A stretch of 64,000 bases of DNA, taken from the IMG/VR virus record IMGVR_UViG_3300033146_004128, positions 96,001 through 160,000 of that record; one strand, written 5' to 3'. Of the stretch, positions 1 through 10,909 are shown in pieces (the first letter of the stretch is position 1; every line of letters starts with the position of its first letter). A program made the translations under genes and the position numbers. The DNA is from a virus. The notes below the pieces were generated by a model, which was given only the letters and a program-made list of their open reading frames with translations, was not told where the DNA came from and ran no database searches.

Positions 1-1
1 A

Positions 2-604
2 GAGAAAGCTCTTATCAATATTCTATATCAAGAGTATGCTAATCCTTCAGATACAACACTTGAGTTTGAGGCATTGCAGCCGGGTAACTATACCGTTATG
101 GCATACGTTATAAACTCATCAGGTGCATTCTTTAAGATATCAGAAGACCTGTTTGTGCCAGGCGATGCAGGAACAGATCAGCCCATAGAGGTTGGAGATG
201 CAATAACCATAGGGTGCCTAAGCAACCATGGAGAGGTTCCTATCCTGTCAGTGTATAGGCTGTCTAGAGATGGATATGTGGAAGAGGTATCTGTTCCCAT
301 GGACCATGCCTACGAAAGAACGTATTTTTATGACTTTACTGTTGCTGATGATGATAGCTTCTATATCTTTAAGGCAGCAGACAGTGTTGTCGTAAAGAAG
401 GTTGGGATACCAAGAGGATGTGCAGTTGCATATTCAAAAAGTAAAGAGAGCGGAAGAACTATTGAATACAAACTACAAGATTTTAACGGGAATACTATAG
501 ACGAAGGTACGTTGGATGACTCAGGGTTTGGTGTATACTACAAAGTAATGTCAGAGAATGTTCATGGAGTATTAGTAATAGGAAAAACATATAAGGTTGT
601 GTGA
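2..604 (+). CDS. Hypothetical protein, 5'-truncated by the window edge (probably virion-associated, beta-rich)
   Basis: The frame of ORF 74..604 stays open back to base 2 (EKALINILYQEY...), so the gene starts upstream. Its TGA overlaps the next ATG (TGATG). Confidence 0.7.
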   Translation, partial: EKALINILYQEYANPSDTTLEFEALQPGNYTVMAYVINSSGAFFKISEDLFVPGDAGTDQPIEVGDAITIGCLSNHGEVPILSVYRLSRDGYVEEVSVPMDHAYERTYFYDFTVADDDSFYIFKAADSVVVKKVGIPRGCAVAYSKSKESGRTIEYKLQDFNGNTIDEGTLDDSGFGVYYKVMSENVHGVLVIGKTYKVV

Positions 605-1203
605 TGAACGCAGCCACAAGAGCACCCAAGATAATAAAAGAGAGTCAGTTTGACATCTACTGCAAAGAAGATTCAGATCTTGATATTTTCTCTTTTGTGT
701 CAGGACAACTCAATAGGCTGGACGTAACATTCACAAGTCGAAATAATGGTCTAAAATCAGTTGTTGTCCCGGCAACATCTGATGGATACTATTTTGTAAG
801 ATCAGCTAGAAGCATACAATCTCTAAAGAAAGGAAATGTAGAATATAAGTTATTCTTTTTCGATCCAAGACAGCGTGAGAACCTACTTTTGCTACCAGAG
901 TCATTTGACTACAATGGAGATAAAATTGGGTATAATGACTGTACGCATATTGGATATGGGATATATGCAATAACACCACTAGTCCTAACCCCTTCAATAG
1001 TGAAGATACTAGGAAAGGTATTTTATAGTTTCCCAAATTCAAAAGAGGTCGAGTGTCCTGAGCAGAGTAGAGCTGCCTCAACAGTATCTCTCGGAGCAGA
1101 CCAAGACACAACAACAATAAGTATAGGCGGAGATGATCCTAGCATAGAGGCTAAAGAATCAAATGTTGGCCTATCTGTTGAACAGACAATTTTCAAGGTA
1201 TAA
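604..1203 (+). CDS. Hypothetical protein
   Basis: About 200-aa ORF, translationally coupled by TGATG overlap. No recognisable motif. Confidence 0.75.
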   Translation: MNAATRAPKIIKESQFDIYCKEDSDLDIFSFVSGQLNRLDVTFTSRNNGLKSVVVPATSDGYYFVRSARSIQSLKKGNVEYKLFFFDPRQRENLLLLPESFDYNGDKIGYNDCTHIGYGIYAITPLVLTPSIVKILGKVFYSFPNSKEVECPEQSRAASTVSLGADQDTTTISIGGDDPSIEAKESNVGLSVEQTIFKV

Positions 1204-1204
1204 T

Positions 1205-1345
1205 ATGAAGAGACAAACATTACGACTGTCAGTAAAGGCAAACAAGCAAGTAAGGCTAAAGACTTCAAAAACAAAGACAAACGCTTCCGCAACAAGTACC
1301 GGTGGCGGAACAATAACATTAAAAGGAACACGACATGGCAATTAG
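1205..1345 (+). CDS. Small basic protein (46 aa)
   Basis: ATG 1 nt after the upstream TAA; fills the gap to the next gene. MKRQTLRLSVKANKQVRLKTSKTK... is K/R/T-rich. Confidence 0.55.
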   Translation: MKRQTLRLSVKANKQVRLKTSKTKTNASATSTGGGTITLKGTRHGN

Positions 1346-2321
1346 TGAAGAAGAGTTTATAAAATTACAAGGTAAAGTTGGAGCATTAGTAAGCATCCTA
1401 TCAGGTAGAGAAGTAGATGAAGCAGATGGCGAGAAGATAAAACGCTTCATAGATAATTACTCAGTTGTAGAGTCTATCATAGAGAACGATACTATTAGTG
1501 AACTTATTGATAATGTTATCCAGATCAAGGTTAGATTCGAGGATGTATCAAGCAGGGTCGACGGAATACTTGGGGCTGTTGAGGTTGAGTCAAGCAAGCT
1601 CGTTTCAAATATTAGTGGAGGTGCTTCCGGAGTAGCTCTAAATATTGCAGATATGGTATTGTTTCAAACGTCAGTGTCTGATGCATACAAGTCACTTCTT
1701 CAGCACCTTAATGATATAGACCTTACAGGAAAAGTAAACAGAATGGAGTCGTCACTGCGTGAGTCTCTTGGTCTTATTGATCAGATGAAGGCGCAGAGAG
1801 AAGAGATTAATGTTCTTCTGCAGAAGGTTGCGGACAACAAAGCATTGATAGACAATATGGACGATGTAAACCATACTCAAGCAGTTCTTATAGATAATGC
1901 TGAGAACATGATAGCAGAAATGGAAAAGCAGATAGAGAACTACTCTTTCTATGCAGAAGAGTTTGATAAGGTATACACAACAGCTGTAATATTCGTATCA
2001 AAGTTCTCATCGATAGTTGCTGAGCTAGATAGAGTTTCGGCAAGAGACGCCAAGCTGGAAGAACTGATGGCGTCAGTAATATCTGTTTCGACGCAGGACT
2101 TCACAGCAATGGAAGAGATTAATGACAAGATGGCTATGGCAATAGAGTCTCTTGGCCTAAATACAGCTCAAAAGCTTGATGACATGATAATGTTCGTGAA
2201 CGAGTACAATGCGGTAGGAATGGCTCTTGACGGAGTAAGAACAGATATGCAAGCAATCACATCAGCTGTTGGAGACGAGCTTACAACACTAGGCGAAGAG
2301 CAAATAGGCTACCAAGCATAA
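1335..2321 (+). CDS. Long alpha-helical/coiled-coil protein (328 aa)
   Basis: AAAGGA RBS upstream. Heptad-like L/I/M-E/D/K pattern throughout (e.g. LIDQMKAQREEINVLLQKVADNKALIDNM). Confidence 0.75.
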   Translation: MAISEEEFIKLQGKVGALVSILSGREVDEADGEKIKRFIDNYSVVESIIENDTISELIDNVIQIKVRFEDVSSRVDGILGAVEVESSKLVSNISGGASGVALNIADMVLFQTSVSDAYKSLLQHLNDIDLTGKVNRMESSLRESLGLIDQMKAQREEINVLLQKVADNKALIDNMDDVNHTQAVLIDNAENMIAEMEKQIENYSFYAEEFDKVYTTAVIFVSKFSSIVAELDRVSARDAKLEELMASVISVSTQDFTAMEEINDKMAMAIESLGLNTAQKLDDMIMFVNEYNAVGMALDGVRTDMQAITSAVGDELTTLGEEQIGYQA

Positions 2322-2333
2322 TAGGAGAGTTTC

Positions 2334-3485
2334 ATGAGACAGTTCAATTACAAGTATAAATCATATCTCAAGAATAGACATGGATTCGTAAATATGGTTC
2401 CTGATGCAAAGCTGCTCCATGACTATATGGGGATAAGTGGTAAGTATGGAATGCCTGTATTCCAGACACCAGGAGCAAAGTTTTACGGAGAGTTATTTTG
2501 TGATATATTTAAGGACAACAAGAGAACTTTTCAGCACAAGGTAAAAATGTTCTTCCCTGAGATAAAGCACGGCGTTATCTCAATAGACAAGATACAGTAC
2601 TCAATGGAGTCTGACCCAGTTGATGATGTGTCTATGGAGTATAGGCTCATACAAAATGGAAAATACGAAGAATACTATGTTATTGACGACTTTGTAGTTG
2701 AGTTTGAAATAGAAGTGTCTGTATCTTTTGGTAAAAGAAATTCAATAACAAAACCGGTTGAAATATTTTGTGACTACATAGATGTGTATGTGCATAATCA
2801 GTTAATATCTCTTACTGTCCATGATAATAATATCCTATTTGTTCCTTATGCTATGTCGTATAGGTTAGATATGCCTCCTGAAGCTGCACGAAACGAAACA
2901 GATTCGTCAAACATGACAGTAAACACAGACTTGTCATATGGTTTTATTTTAAATAAGGCTTCTAGAGACAAAATGGAAGAGAAGGGGTTCAAGACAACAG
3001 AAATGGATATGCTTCTCTTGGATTCAAAAAAGAAAATTCAAGGGCTAAAAGAAGATGTGGTAGACAACCCTATGGATACAGGCATCCCAGGTCCACTTGT
3101 TGCTAAGAGGCACAGTGGTGTATCCAAGAAGTACATGATCTCTCTTCCTGAGTCAATATTCCCAGATAGGATGACATATAGTGGATTGCCAATTTTCAAC
3201 TCAGAGAATTGTCTATCGTGTTGTGATGTAAAGAAGCTTGGATGGTGTTCTGTGCACTTCAAGCCATATGGGCTACCGATGAGTAGTCCATGCCCACCCC
3301 CAGCACCTCCATGTGGAGAAAAATGTTCTAAATTTACACGGTATACAGTAAGGAATAGACTTATAGACACATTATTGATCCTCATGGATAAAACATTTGA
3401 AGAGCTCGATAGCCTTGTTGTGAAGCACAGTTCTAGAGCAGCAACGGAACTCATAGATGACGAATATATAGTAGAAAAGGAATAA
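2334..3485 (+). CDS. Hypothetical protein with C-terminal Cys/Pro-rich motif
   Basis: AGGAG RBS; 383 aa; CLSCCDVKKLGWCSVHF...PCPPPAPPCGEKC. Confidence 0.75.
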   Translation: MRQFNYKYKSYLKNRHGFVNMVPDAKLLHDYMGISGKYGMPVFQTPGAKFYGELFCDIFKDNKRTFQHKVKMFFPEIKHGVISIDKIQYSMESDPVDDVSMEYRLIQNGKYEEYYVIDDFVVEFEIEVSVSFGKRNSITKPVEIFCDYIDVYVHNQLISLTVHDNNILFVPYAMSYRLDMPPEAARNETDSSNMTVNTDLSYGFILNKASRDKMEEKGFKTTEMDMLLLDSKKKIQGLKEDVVDNPMDTGIPGPLVAKRHSGVSKKYMISLPESIFPDRMTYSGLPIFNSENCLSCCDVKKLGWCSVHFKPYGLPMSSPCPPPAPPCGEKCSKFTRYTVRNRLIDTLLILMDKTFEELDSLVVKHSSRAATELIDDEYIVEKE

Positions 3486-3486
3486 C

Positions 3487-5724
3487 ATGATTGTAGTTCA
3501 TGGAAGATCAGAATTAGGAGAAGGTGGTAGCGGAGGGCAGTCGTTTGAGATACTGATAGATAATGATGATCCAAAGATAACCAAAGACGAGAGAAAGTCC
3601 ATAAATGACTCAGAGGTATCAACTGACCCATTCACTAGGTTTGATGCAAGTGATGCTAGTGGAGGAGTAGAGCTCACTATTAAAGGCACAGTAAAAGGAA
3701 TCGAGGGCATGTCTATAGAGAGTGCAATAGTTAGGGGATATACCCATAAAATAAAAGCACCTTCTTTTGATGTTCCATCACTAGGAAAAGAAGATTACCT
3801 TCGTGAAGTTACAGCGTTTTCATCTGCGGCTGCATCTATTTCTATAGGAAGAGGAGAGTGGCACAGTCCAAAGTATGGAAAGATAACATGCGACACGCAA
3901 AAGAATGAAAAAGAGATTGACGTTAAAGGATCAACAGAACTAAAAATGGAGGGGGAAAGCTTTGAAATAAAACTAGCCCTGACTGAGATATTTGCAAGGT
4001 TTATTGGTGACGATAGCTATGGTATCATACAGTCTGTTGACTTTAAGTTTGTTGGCACATCAACAACAGATGGATCAGTGGCAAAAACAGAGGCTACATA
4101 CGTGAACTCAGATGACCGTCCATTGACAAATGGCGTGTCCGGGCTAGATAGCGCAGATATTAACATGATAACATTTGATGACTCTATGAAAATGCTAGGA
4201 GGATGGCTTGATGGGATGGAGATATCATATCAAAAGAGACTGGTAGCAAAAACAGAAGGAATGCTATATAAAGCTCTATTTACATATAAGTTTTATGCCG
4301 AGGTATCACCGAGATACTTTAGTTCAGACATATCACGAATAGCCCTTTGTGCAGACAGGAATGGAGATCAATATTTACTGTCTAAGATCTTTACAAACAA
4401 TTCTCATTTTGGGGGGAAGAACCCAGACGTAAGCGTTACCGCACGTGGTCCAGATGTAGACGGAGACATAACAGTTACTTCTACAGGTGACAAAATAATA
4501 TTTGACACATCAGGATGTTCGACTGCAAGCGGAAGAGTTATAGGTGATCTAGTCATAGAAGGAAGCAATTACCCTTTCCACCCATTTGAGATGCCAAGCG
4601 GCATAGCTACAGGCGACCTTGTTGTTGCAGCAGTTGATTGCAAGATTGCGTATAATGGTCTTGGTAATACGGACTACTATAGAGAGTATGAGGCTCATGT
4701 ATGTGGGCTACACACATTTGACCATGCGGTAAGAGGGTTCTTAAATATAGCGTCAAAACAAAGTGTAGTAAATATACTTACCGGTCTTGTTTTTGCAGTC
4801 TATACACGAGGTATATCCTGTATTCTTATGTCACATACTCTGCCATTTATATATGGAATGATGTATCTTGAGGATCTCAGGAGACTTGGCCCTGCCGTGA
4901 CAACAGCAACACTTAGTGGTTACGATGCCGTGTTTGAAAGATTTCAACTATCTATGGCTGCCACCATAAAAGGAGTTCCTAGAGAGTTGAGATCAGATAT
5001 GGCAGAACAGTTTCTAGAAACAGTATCAGAAGAAAGAGTAGAGGCAATGTCTCATGAGCAGCAAGTTTCTTTGACTATGACGATACTGTGCGTATCTCTA
5101 AACTTCTTATTTCCAGTAAGGTCTGCATGGATGCCTGCTGCTGCAGACTATGGTGTTCCTCTAGGGTCAAATATACTTGAAAACTCAGAAAAAACAGAAG
5201 GCGGTCTTCTTACTGACGATATCAAATCAATGATAAAGAAAAATATGGCTCACAACCTATATGAGACTGCCGTAGATTGGAATGAGGTAACGGTCATAAC
5301 GCTACAGAGAGGTAGGACTGTCATACTTAAGAGGGAAGGAAGACATCAAGAGATGTATGCAATAGAAGACCCTGGGTATATGACAGGAGAATCATTGGCG
5401 AAAGATGGTGGACCCGGAACTGTAGATGATCTAACATATGTTACAATACCTGGAGAGATAGCAGATGAATGGAACGAGAAGAAGAGAAAGTATATAGGCA
5501 TCATGAACAGTCCATATTACCAATATAAGATTGATGGGTATTATGGTAGTGAAGCAGAGACAAAAATAGAGGACCAGAAAACAACAAAAACAGATCTGCA
5601 GCCAATAGGTACAGAGTTTGTAATTATCGATATAGATGCGGAGTCTGTTAAGGACAAAGACGGCACAACAGATGTCAAAATCATAAGACCAAATGAAGAT
5701 TTGCTTCTAGCTTTAAGGAAATAA
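3487..5724 (+). CDS. Large hypothetical protein (745 aa), probable virion component
   Basis: Long ORF, 1-nt gaps on both sides, AAAGGA RBS. No catalytic motif recognised. Confidence 0.7.
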   Translation: MIVVHGRSELGEGGSGGQSFEILIDNDDPKITKDERKSINDSEVSTDPFTRFDASDASGGVELTIKGTVKGIEGMSIESAIVRGYTHKIKAPSFDVPSLGKEDYLREVTAFSSAAASISIGRGEWHSPKYGKITCDTQKNEKEIDVKGSTELKMEGESFEIKLALTEIFARFIGDDSYGIIQSVDFKFVGTSTTDGSVAKTEATYVNSDDRPLTNGVSGLDSADINMITFDDSMKMLGGWLDGMEISYQKRLVAKTEGMLYKALFTYKFYAEVSPRYFSSDISRIALCADRNGDQYLLSKIFTNNSHFGGKNPDVSVTARGPDVDGDITVTSTGDKIIFDTSGCSTASGRVIGDLVIEGSNYPFHPFEMPSGIATGDLVVAAVDCKIAYNGLGNTDYYREYEAHVCGLHTFDHAVRGFLNIASKQSVVNILTGLVFAVYTRGISCILMSHTLPFIYGMMYLEDLRRLGPAVTTATLSGYDAVFERFQLSMAATIKGVPRELRSDMAEQFLETVSEERVEAMSHEQQVSLTMTILCVSLNFLFPVRSAWMPAAADYGVPLGSNILENSEKTEGGLLTDDIKSMIKKNMAHNLYETAVDWNEVTVITLQRGRTVILKREGRHQEMYAIEDPGYMTGESLAKDGGPGTVDDLTYVTIPGEIADEWNEKKRKYIGIMNSPYYQYKIDGYYGSEAETKIEDQKTTKTDLQPIGTEFVIIDIDAESVKDKDGTTDVKIIRPNEDLLLALRK

Positions 5725-5725
5725 A

Positions 5726-6892
5726 ATGGCACAAATAATTAAGAACCTGCAGGGTCAGTACGAATTAGGATTAGCTCCGGATTCTATAATCCGGGCATTT
5801 GGAAATGGTGTCGGTGGAGAGTATCCGAAGCAAGTAGATGCTCAAGACAAACACTATACGGAAACTATACTTGTGACAATAACTGAAGATTTTGCAAACT
5901 ATGCAAGAGCTCTATGTTCGCAGAAGCTACACCTTGAGGATGGGTTTGGTTCTCAAGGCAATGAGGTTTCTATAATACAGGGGCTAATGAAGGCTCCTCT
6001 ACCAATGGCTCCAGTATACACAGATGTAAATGGAAGTGTCCCTCAGCTTTCCGCATCAGATATTTCAAACATGTCTACAAATCTTGAGAATGTGCAAAGA
6101 GACTTTACTTTTACCGTGTCAATTCAGGTTCCAAATGGAGGATCTTTTTCTCTTATATTTATGCCTGATGCTAGGGGGTTCAATATTATCGCAGTAGATC
6201 CATCCAAGCCCATAAGCCTAGATTATTCTCACCCATTCATATTAACAAAGCCTATAAAGACGCCTTTTGAACAGGCAGACCGACTTACTGACGGGGAAGC
6301 AACAATATCAGGAAATTTCTCTGTAGATGACGCTAGAATTTATAAGTTCTCAACAGAGGAAAGTGTAAAGTTTGGAGAAACTATATCAGGAAGTCTTTCT
6401 ACAATTAGAGGTGACAATGAATACACTGGGAGTTTCATAAGATTATATGAAGCCGTACATAATGAGATGTTCTGGAGAGAGGGGGCAAATCAAACAAAAG
6501 GTGAAATTACAGGTGATAGGCCATGGACATCAGTATTGTATGGTGTGAGTCCAGAGGGAAGAAGTATACAGATAGTAGATATAAGGGACTGTGAAAGACA
6601 AGAGACTGCTGCTCCAGGTATCAATATGATGCTAACAGGATCCGTTACATCTACTTATGTATATGGGGATATAAAATACCCTGCTGACCCAAGAATAGGT
6701 TCACATAAGCCAGTATTCGACATAATATCAGATAGTGAGGGGTGGACAAAGTATGGTCCGACATCTGTAAAGTATGTAGATGGAGAAGATGGAGATAAGG
6801 AAGCACCTATGATATTCTCATGGGAAGGAAGAAGATCATCTTCTCCAAAGATACTTCCTAGAGTAGCTGCACAACTAGAAAAATTTGAATAG
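5726..6892 (+). CDS. Hypothetical protein (388 aa), probable virion component
   Basis: AAGGA RBS, operon packing, G/S/T/P-rich beta-type composition. Confidence 0.7.
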   Translation: MAQIIKNLQGQYELGLAPDSIIRAFGNGVGGEYPKQVDAQDKHYTETILVTITEDFANYARALCSQKLHLEDGFGSQGNEVSIIQGLMKAPLPMAPVYTDVNGSVPQLSASDISNMSTNLENVQRDFTFTVSIQVPNGGSFSLIFMPDARGFNIIAVDPSKPISLDYSHPFILTKPIKTPFEQADRLTDGEATISGNFSVDDARIYKFSTEESVKFGETISGSLSTIRGDNEYTGSFIRLYEAVHNEMFWREGANQTKGEITGDRPWTSVLYGVSPEGRSIQIVDIRDCERQETAAPGINMMLTGSVTSTYVYGDIKYPADPRIGSHKPVFDIISDSEGWTKYGPTSVKYVDGEDGDKEAPMIFSWEGRRSSSPKILPRVAAQLEKFE

Positions 6893-6900
6893 GAACTAAA

Positions 6901-9900
6901 ATGAGTAAGTTTATAGAAGAACATGTCAATGTTGATACGATACACAATCTAGCGAGAGTATACACAAAAGATCTAGGAAATGAAAACTGCATGGTTTCAA
7001 CTGCAGGGGTAAAGCTATCAACAAACAGATCTTTAATGCTGAGCCTTGGCATAGGAGCTACTGTTCCCGTCATAGGAGAATATATAGAGATTCAAGTTCC
7101 TGGAGGAGACTATCTTAGCATGTATGCATACTCAGTTCCAGACTCCACTAGCACTATGGGTCATATATACAGTATCGGATATGATATAGAACATCTCGGA
7201 TATATAGATCAGGAACATTGGGATGAGGATGCAACCCATGAAGACAGAGTAAATGCAGTATTTAGATTTGTAACAATGAAGAGAATGAAGGCTAGACAGT
7301 CAATAACACTAGATGGGATATCGTACAATTCTCAGGGGATGGTGCAATCAGGTGGCGCTAAAGATGTGGCAATGCCAATAACACTAGACATGGAAACAAT
7401 GAGCTTTGGAGACATCGATAGACAACTGTCTACATATAATATGGCAAAGCTATCTAGAGAGGTTTCCATTGTCAGATTCAACAAAGACAACAAATTATGT
7501 TTAACTATAAATACGGATAGAATAAACGACAACTTCATAGGCATGATTGAGTACGAGATGCTCGACTCGTCTTCTTCCGTAGAGGATTCTATAGCGAAGA
7601 AAAAGATAATTATAAATAGTTCTGTGTCTGGTCTAGTTGACATACCTGTAGTGGAAGGAATGTTCATTGATAGAGTTGTAACAGGAGATGACCTACTTAG
7701 GACTGTCGAGGTGATACAGAGCGAATGTGAGACAGCTGTAATTATTGATGATGGCACAATCTCAAAAGGTGAGTGGTTTGCGGTGAATAAGACCCAATAC
7801 AACATGAGAGTATCAATGCAAAATGGTGAAAGTGTGACACTCGATCCTTATGGAATAGTAAAGACAGGATCATCGCAGCCTCAATCTGCAGCAATCTTCA
7901 AGCCTGTATATGCAAGACCTTCAACCGTTTCAGGAAACATAGATAACGAGGTATTGTATAAGCACCCAAAAAGGTTCGAGATAACTCACGCAGGAGGATA
8001 TTTTATGTATCCTGCCGTATCTGTTATACACGGCATAGACAGTGATTCGCTCGTATATGTAGGGAATGCGTCCGGTGGTGGGTATGTAAATATTGGCCCA
8101 TATGAAATAGGAGCTGATATACTTGATGGAACCCATGAGATAAATCAGTTTGGTGACGGACTTGATAAGTTTTTTGCTATCAGATACAGAGGTGTAGATA
8201 TTAGATTATTGAACCACGAGGTATATGCAAAGCTTGAGTCTGATCTAGACTTTACGAAGGTTGAGCTCGGCGATGAGTTCCACTACGGATGGAGGGTAGC
8301 CACCATAGGAGACGTGGAATTTAGAGGTAGATATGACGAGCATTATGGATCAGTACATAGAAACAAGTCGTTTATGTATGAGAGCAACTATATCGTGTCT
8401 AGCGAGAGTGTAGACTCAGAAGTAATTGGGCATGTATACCCTACTGAATTTTTCAGGATGGCGAGACTCAAGAATAAGACATGTCAGACGTTTTCTGATT
8501 TTCCAATGCCAGACGGGCATGCAAACGCAAAGAATAGATACGAGGCAGGCGAAGTTACGGTTGTGTTCGAAGAAGGTGACGGATATCTATTGGTTGGTAA
8601 CAATAAAGAAGTAGAGAATGACAATATAACATACTCATGTTTGGCAGTCGGTGGTAAGTTATCAGATGTTCCTGTGGTTGTGGAGTCATTTGGCTTTGTC
8701 AGTAGAGAAACAATGCTCGGACTTCCTTCTGAGCATTTCTTGTCAAGCAGTATAAAAATGTCAAATGTTTCAAGAACAAGAAAGAGATACTCTGGGGCTA
8801 TAGAGAATATAACTTCCGAGTATCTTCTGATGTGGATAAAGCTTAGAAAAGTAGGAACAACAGAAGAGAATTTATTTGTAGAACATGAGTATGCAGATGA
8901 AAGTAGTATGCATCTTGGCTTTTCTGGGTATCTTGCCAAAGGTGGATCATGTGAAGGAAGCGTGGATCCGGTTAGTAGGCTTACGGCAATAACCAACATG
9001 TTGAAATACCCAGTATACCATGAGTCTAAAAATGGATCCATAGTTCCTAGAGAGCTTAATAGATTAGAGCTTCCAGTAAACAAGGCAGTAACTCATATGT
9101 CTGGAAATTATTATGGGAATATCAATACACATACTATTGATGGAGTCGATGGTGTTCGCATAACAGCACTATCTCTTCAGTCCCCAACAAGAGTGGTTGA
9201 TACGTCAATAATAACAGACCCTGTCGTGTTAAGATCAGACGAGACATTGTTCCTTAGGAACTCAGTAGTTGCATTCCCAGAAATAGGATTCTTTTATCAT
9301 ACCCTAGACGAGGTTGAGTTTAACGATATTATGACATACCAAAAGACAGAGATACGAGAGCCGTCCAGGAGAGGTGTTAGGATCACATGGGAAGATTATG
9401 AACTCGACGCATATTTGGAATATAGAGCTGCAGACACAAATGTATTCTCTGTCTATGAGCTAAGGAGAGCGTCATCTAGCGTAGTTTGTCACATTGAGCA
9501 AAGGTTCCCTGATGCAGCTATCGATGTATCAAAAATGAACAATGTAGATGGTTTATACGATGAATATAGAGGGGATCAGCATGCAGACTCAAATAATATG
9601 TTGCAAAAGTGTATACCTATGTACCTAGCAAATTTTCTTCTTGAAAATTATGGTCATGCACAGAACATAGCAGGAGTATGGGATGAAAGCAGTGGGATAC
9701 TTATAGATGATGCAAGCTTAGAGTTTGTATCGGAAGATGCAGAGGCAGGAGTCAGAGTTGTTCCGGTGTGCTCAGGATCTGAGCCTATGGATATAGTGGA
9801 TCACTACGCAATGCTTTCAATCATGAAGACAGGTAAGCCATACGATGTAAGTACAGAGACAAGAGTCAAGATGAGCAAGTCAGGACTCGTGCAAGGTATA

Positions 9901-10908
9901 GATGAGAACCTATTGCCTGACAGCACAGCTCTATTTGAGAACGGTGATGCCGATGCAGCATCCATAATGGTAGCTAAAAGCATATCCGAAAATATAGATG
10001 GGAATTTAGTCATGATAAGTGTTGCGCCTGTCCTTTACGGTATGCAGGGGCCATGGAAGAATCCTATAGACTATTTAGATACAAAGGAAAAAGTTATTCT
10101 TTCCGGAGACATATCATATAAGATAAAGCCGAAGAACAGACTCATTCTTGAGTTTGATGTTGGTCCTGAGAATACGTTATCTCTAAACTGCCCAGGTAGA
10201 AAATTTGATGAGATGTATAAGATGATCGATGGGTTTGTAGAGGAAGAAGTTGTGTCAGACGACAAGAAGACCCCAATACAGAGAGGAGATACAACATACT
10301 CTTTAAAATACTCCACACATGTAGGTGACAACATAATTTTGAGAAGAGACATTGTTGTGGACCTTGAGGCGTATCCAGCAAGATTGTCTTATCCCAAGAA
10401 TAATCTAATACGAGAACTCATATCTCCAATAAGAGAAGATGCTCACAGCAAGAAAATGGATGCTAGAGCAGTGTATGTCAGGTTCGACACAAGATATGTA
10501 AGTGAATCAGTAAGGTCATACTATGACAAGTTTATAGAGGCACCAACGGCCCTCACATGTGACTCTTTGCCTGAGGAAGCCATACTTAGTAGAGAACATG
10601 GAAATGATGACTCACTGTACAAGAAAAAGATGATGTCAGTTGATGGTAGCGATCTCATGAGAGTTGGAGGAAAGATATTATTGTCATTTGATAATGATAC
10701 TGATTCGGAGATAACATTAACTCCTGAGTATGACAACTCTAGATGCATGGTAAGTACAAACAAGCAAGGGATAGGGTCAATACCTATCTCAAGTGTTTAT
10801 GAGCTGTTCTCTAAGGACTTATTGTTCGCAGGGATAAGTACAGAGAACCCTATAGGAAGAGTTAAAAAAGGCAAGAAATTTGTCAACACAGAAGTGGAAG
10901 GAATATAA
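6901..10908 (+). CDS. Very large hypothetical protein (1335 aa), probable baseplate/appendage component
   Basis: 4-kb uninterrupted ORF with AGGA RBS; acidic, V/I/Y-rich. No enzyme motif recognised. Confidence 0.7.
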   Translation: MSKFIEEHVNVDTIHNLARVYTKDLGNENCMVSTAGVKLSTNRSLMLSLGIGATVPVIGEYIEIQVPGGDYLSMYAYSVPDSTSTMGHIYSIGYDIEHLGYIDQEHWDEDATHEDRVNAVFRFVTMKRMKARQSITLDGISYNSQGMVQSGGAKDVAMPITLDMETMSFGDIDRQLSTYNMAKLSREVSIVRFNKDNKLCLTINTDRINDNFIGMIEYEMLDSSSSVEDSIAKKKIIINSSVSGLVDIPVVEGMFIDRVVTGDDLLRTVEVIQSECETAVIIDDGTISKGEWFAVNKTQYNMRVSMQNGESVTLDPYGIVKTGSSQPQSAAIFKPVYARPSTVSGNIDNEVLYKHPKRFEITHAGGYFMYPAVSVIHGIDSDSLVYVGNASGGGYVNIGPYEIGADILDGTHEINQFGDGLDKFFAIRYRGVDIRLLNHEVYAKLESDLDFTKVELGDEFHYGWRVATIGDVEFRGRYDEHYGSVHRNKSFMYESNYIVSSESVDSEVIGHVYPTEFFRMARLKNKTCQTFSDFPMPDGHANAKNRYEAGEVTVVFEEGDGYLLVGNNKEVENDNITYSCLAVGGKLSDVPVVVESFGFVSRETMLGLPSEHFLSSSIKMSNVSRTRKRYSGAIENITSEYLLMWIKLRKVGTTEENLFVEHEYADESSMHLGFSGYLAKGGSCEGSVDPVSRLTAITNMLKYPVYHESKNGSIVPRELNRLELPVNKAVTHMSGNYYGNINTHTIDGVDGVRITALSLQSPTRVVDTSIITDPVVLRSDETLFLRNSVVAFPEIGFFYHTLDEVEFNDIMTYQKTEIREPSRRGVRITWEDYELDAYLEYRAADTNVFSVYELRRASSSVVCHIEQRFPDAAIDVSKMNNVDGLYDEYRGDQHADSNNMLQKCIPMYLANFLLENYGHAQNIAGVWDESSGILIDDASLEFVSEDAEAGVRVVPVCSGSEPMDIVDHYAMLSIMKTGKPYDVSTETRVKMSKSGLVQGIDENLLPDSTALFENGDADAASIMVAKSISENIDGNLVMISVAPVLYGMQGPWKNPIDYLDTKEKVILSGDISYKIKPKNRLILEFDVGPENTLSLNCPGRKFDEMYKMIDGFVEEEVVSDDKKTPIQRGDTTYSLKYSTHVGDNIILRRDIVVDLEAYPARLSYPKNNLIRELISPIREDAHSKKMDARAVYVRFDTRYVSESVRSYYDKFIEAPTALTCDSLPEEAILSREHGNDDSLYKKKMMSVDGSDLMRVGGKILLSFDNDTDSEITLTPEYDNSRCMVSTNKQGIGSIPISSVYELFSKDLLFAGISTENPIGRVKKGKKFVNTEVEGI

Positions 10909-10909
10909 T

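Noticed and set aside
1110-3700. Apparent similarity ISIGGDDPSI (604 gene) versus ILIDNDDPKI (3487 gene), and GGGTITLKG versus GGVELTIKG
   Set aside because: The matches are too short to support paralogy without a profile search.
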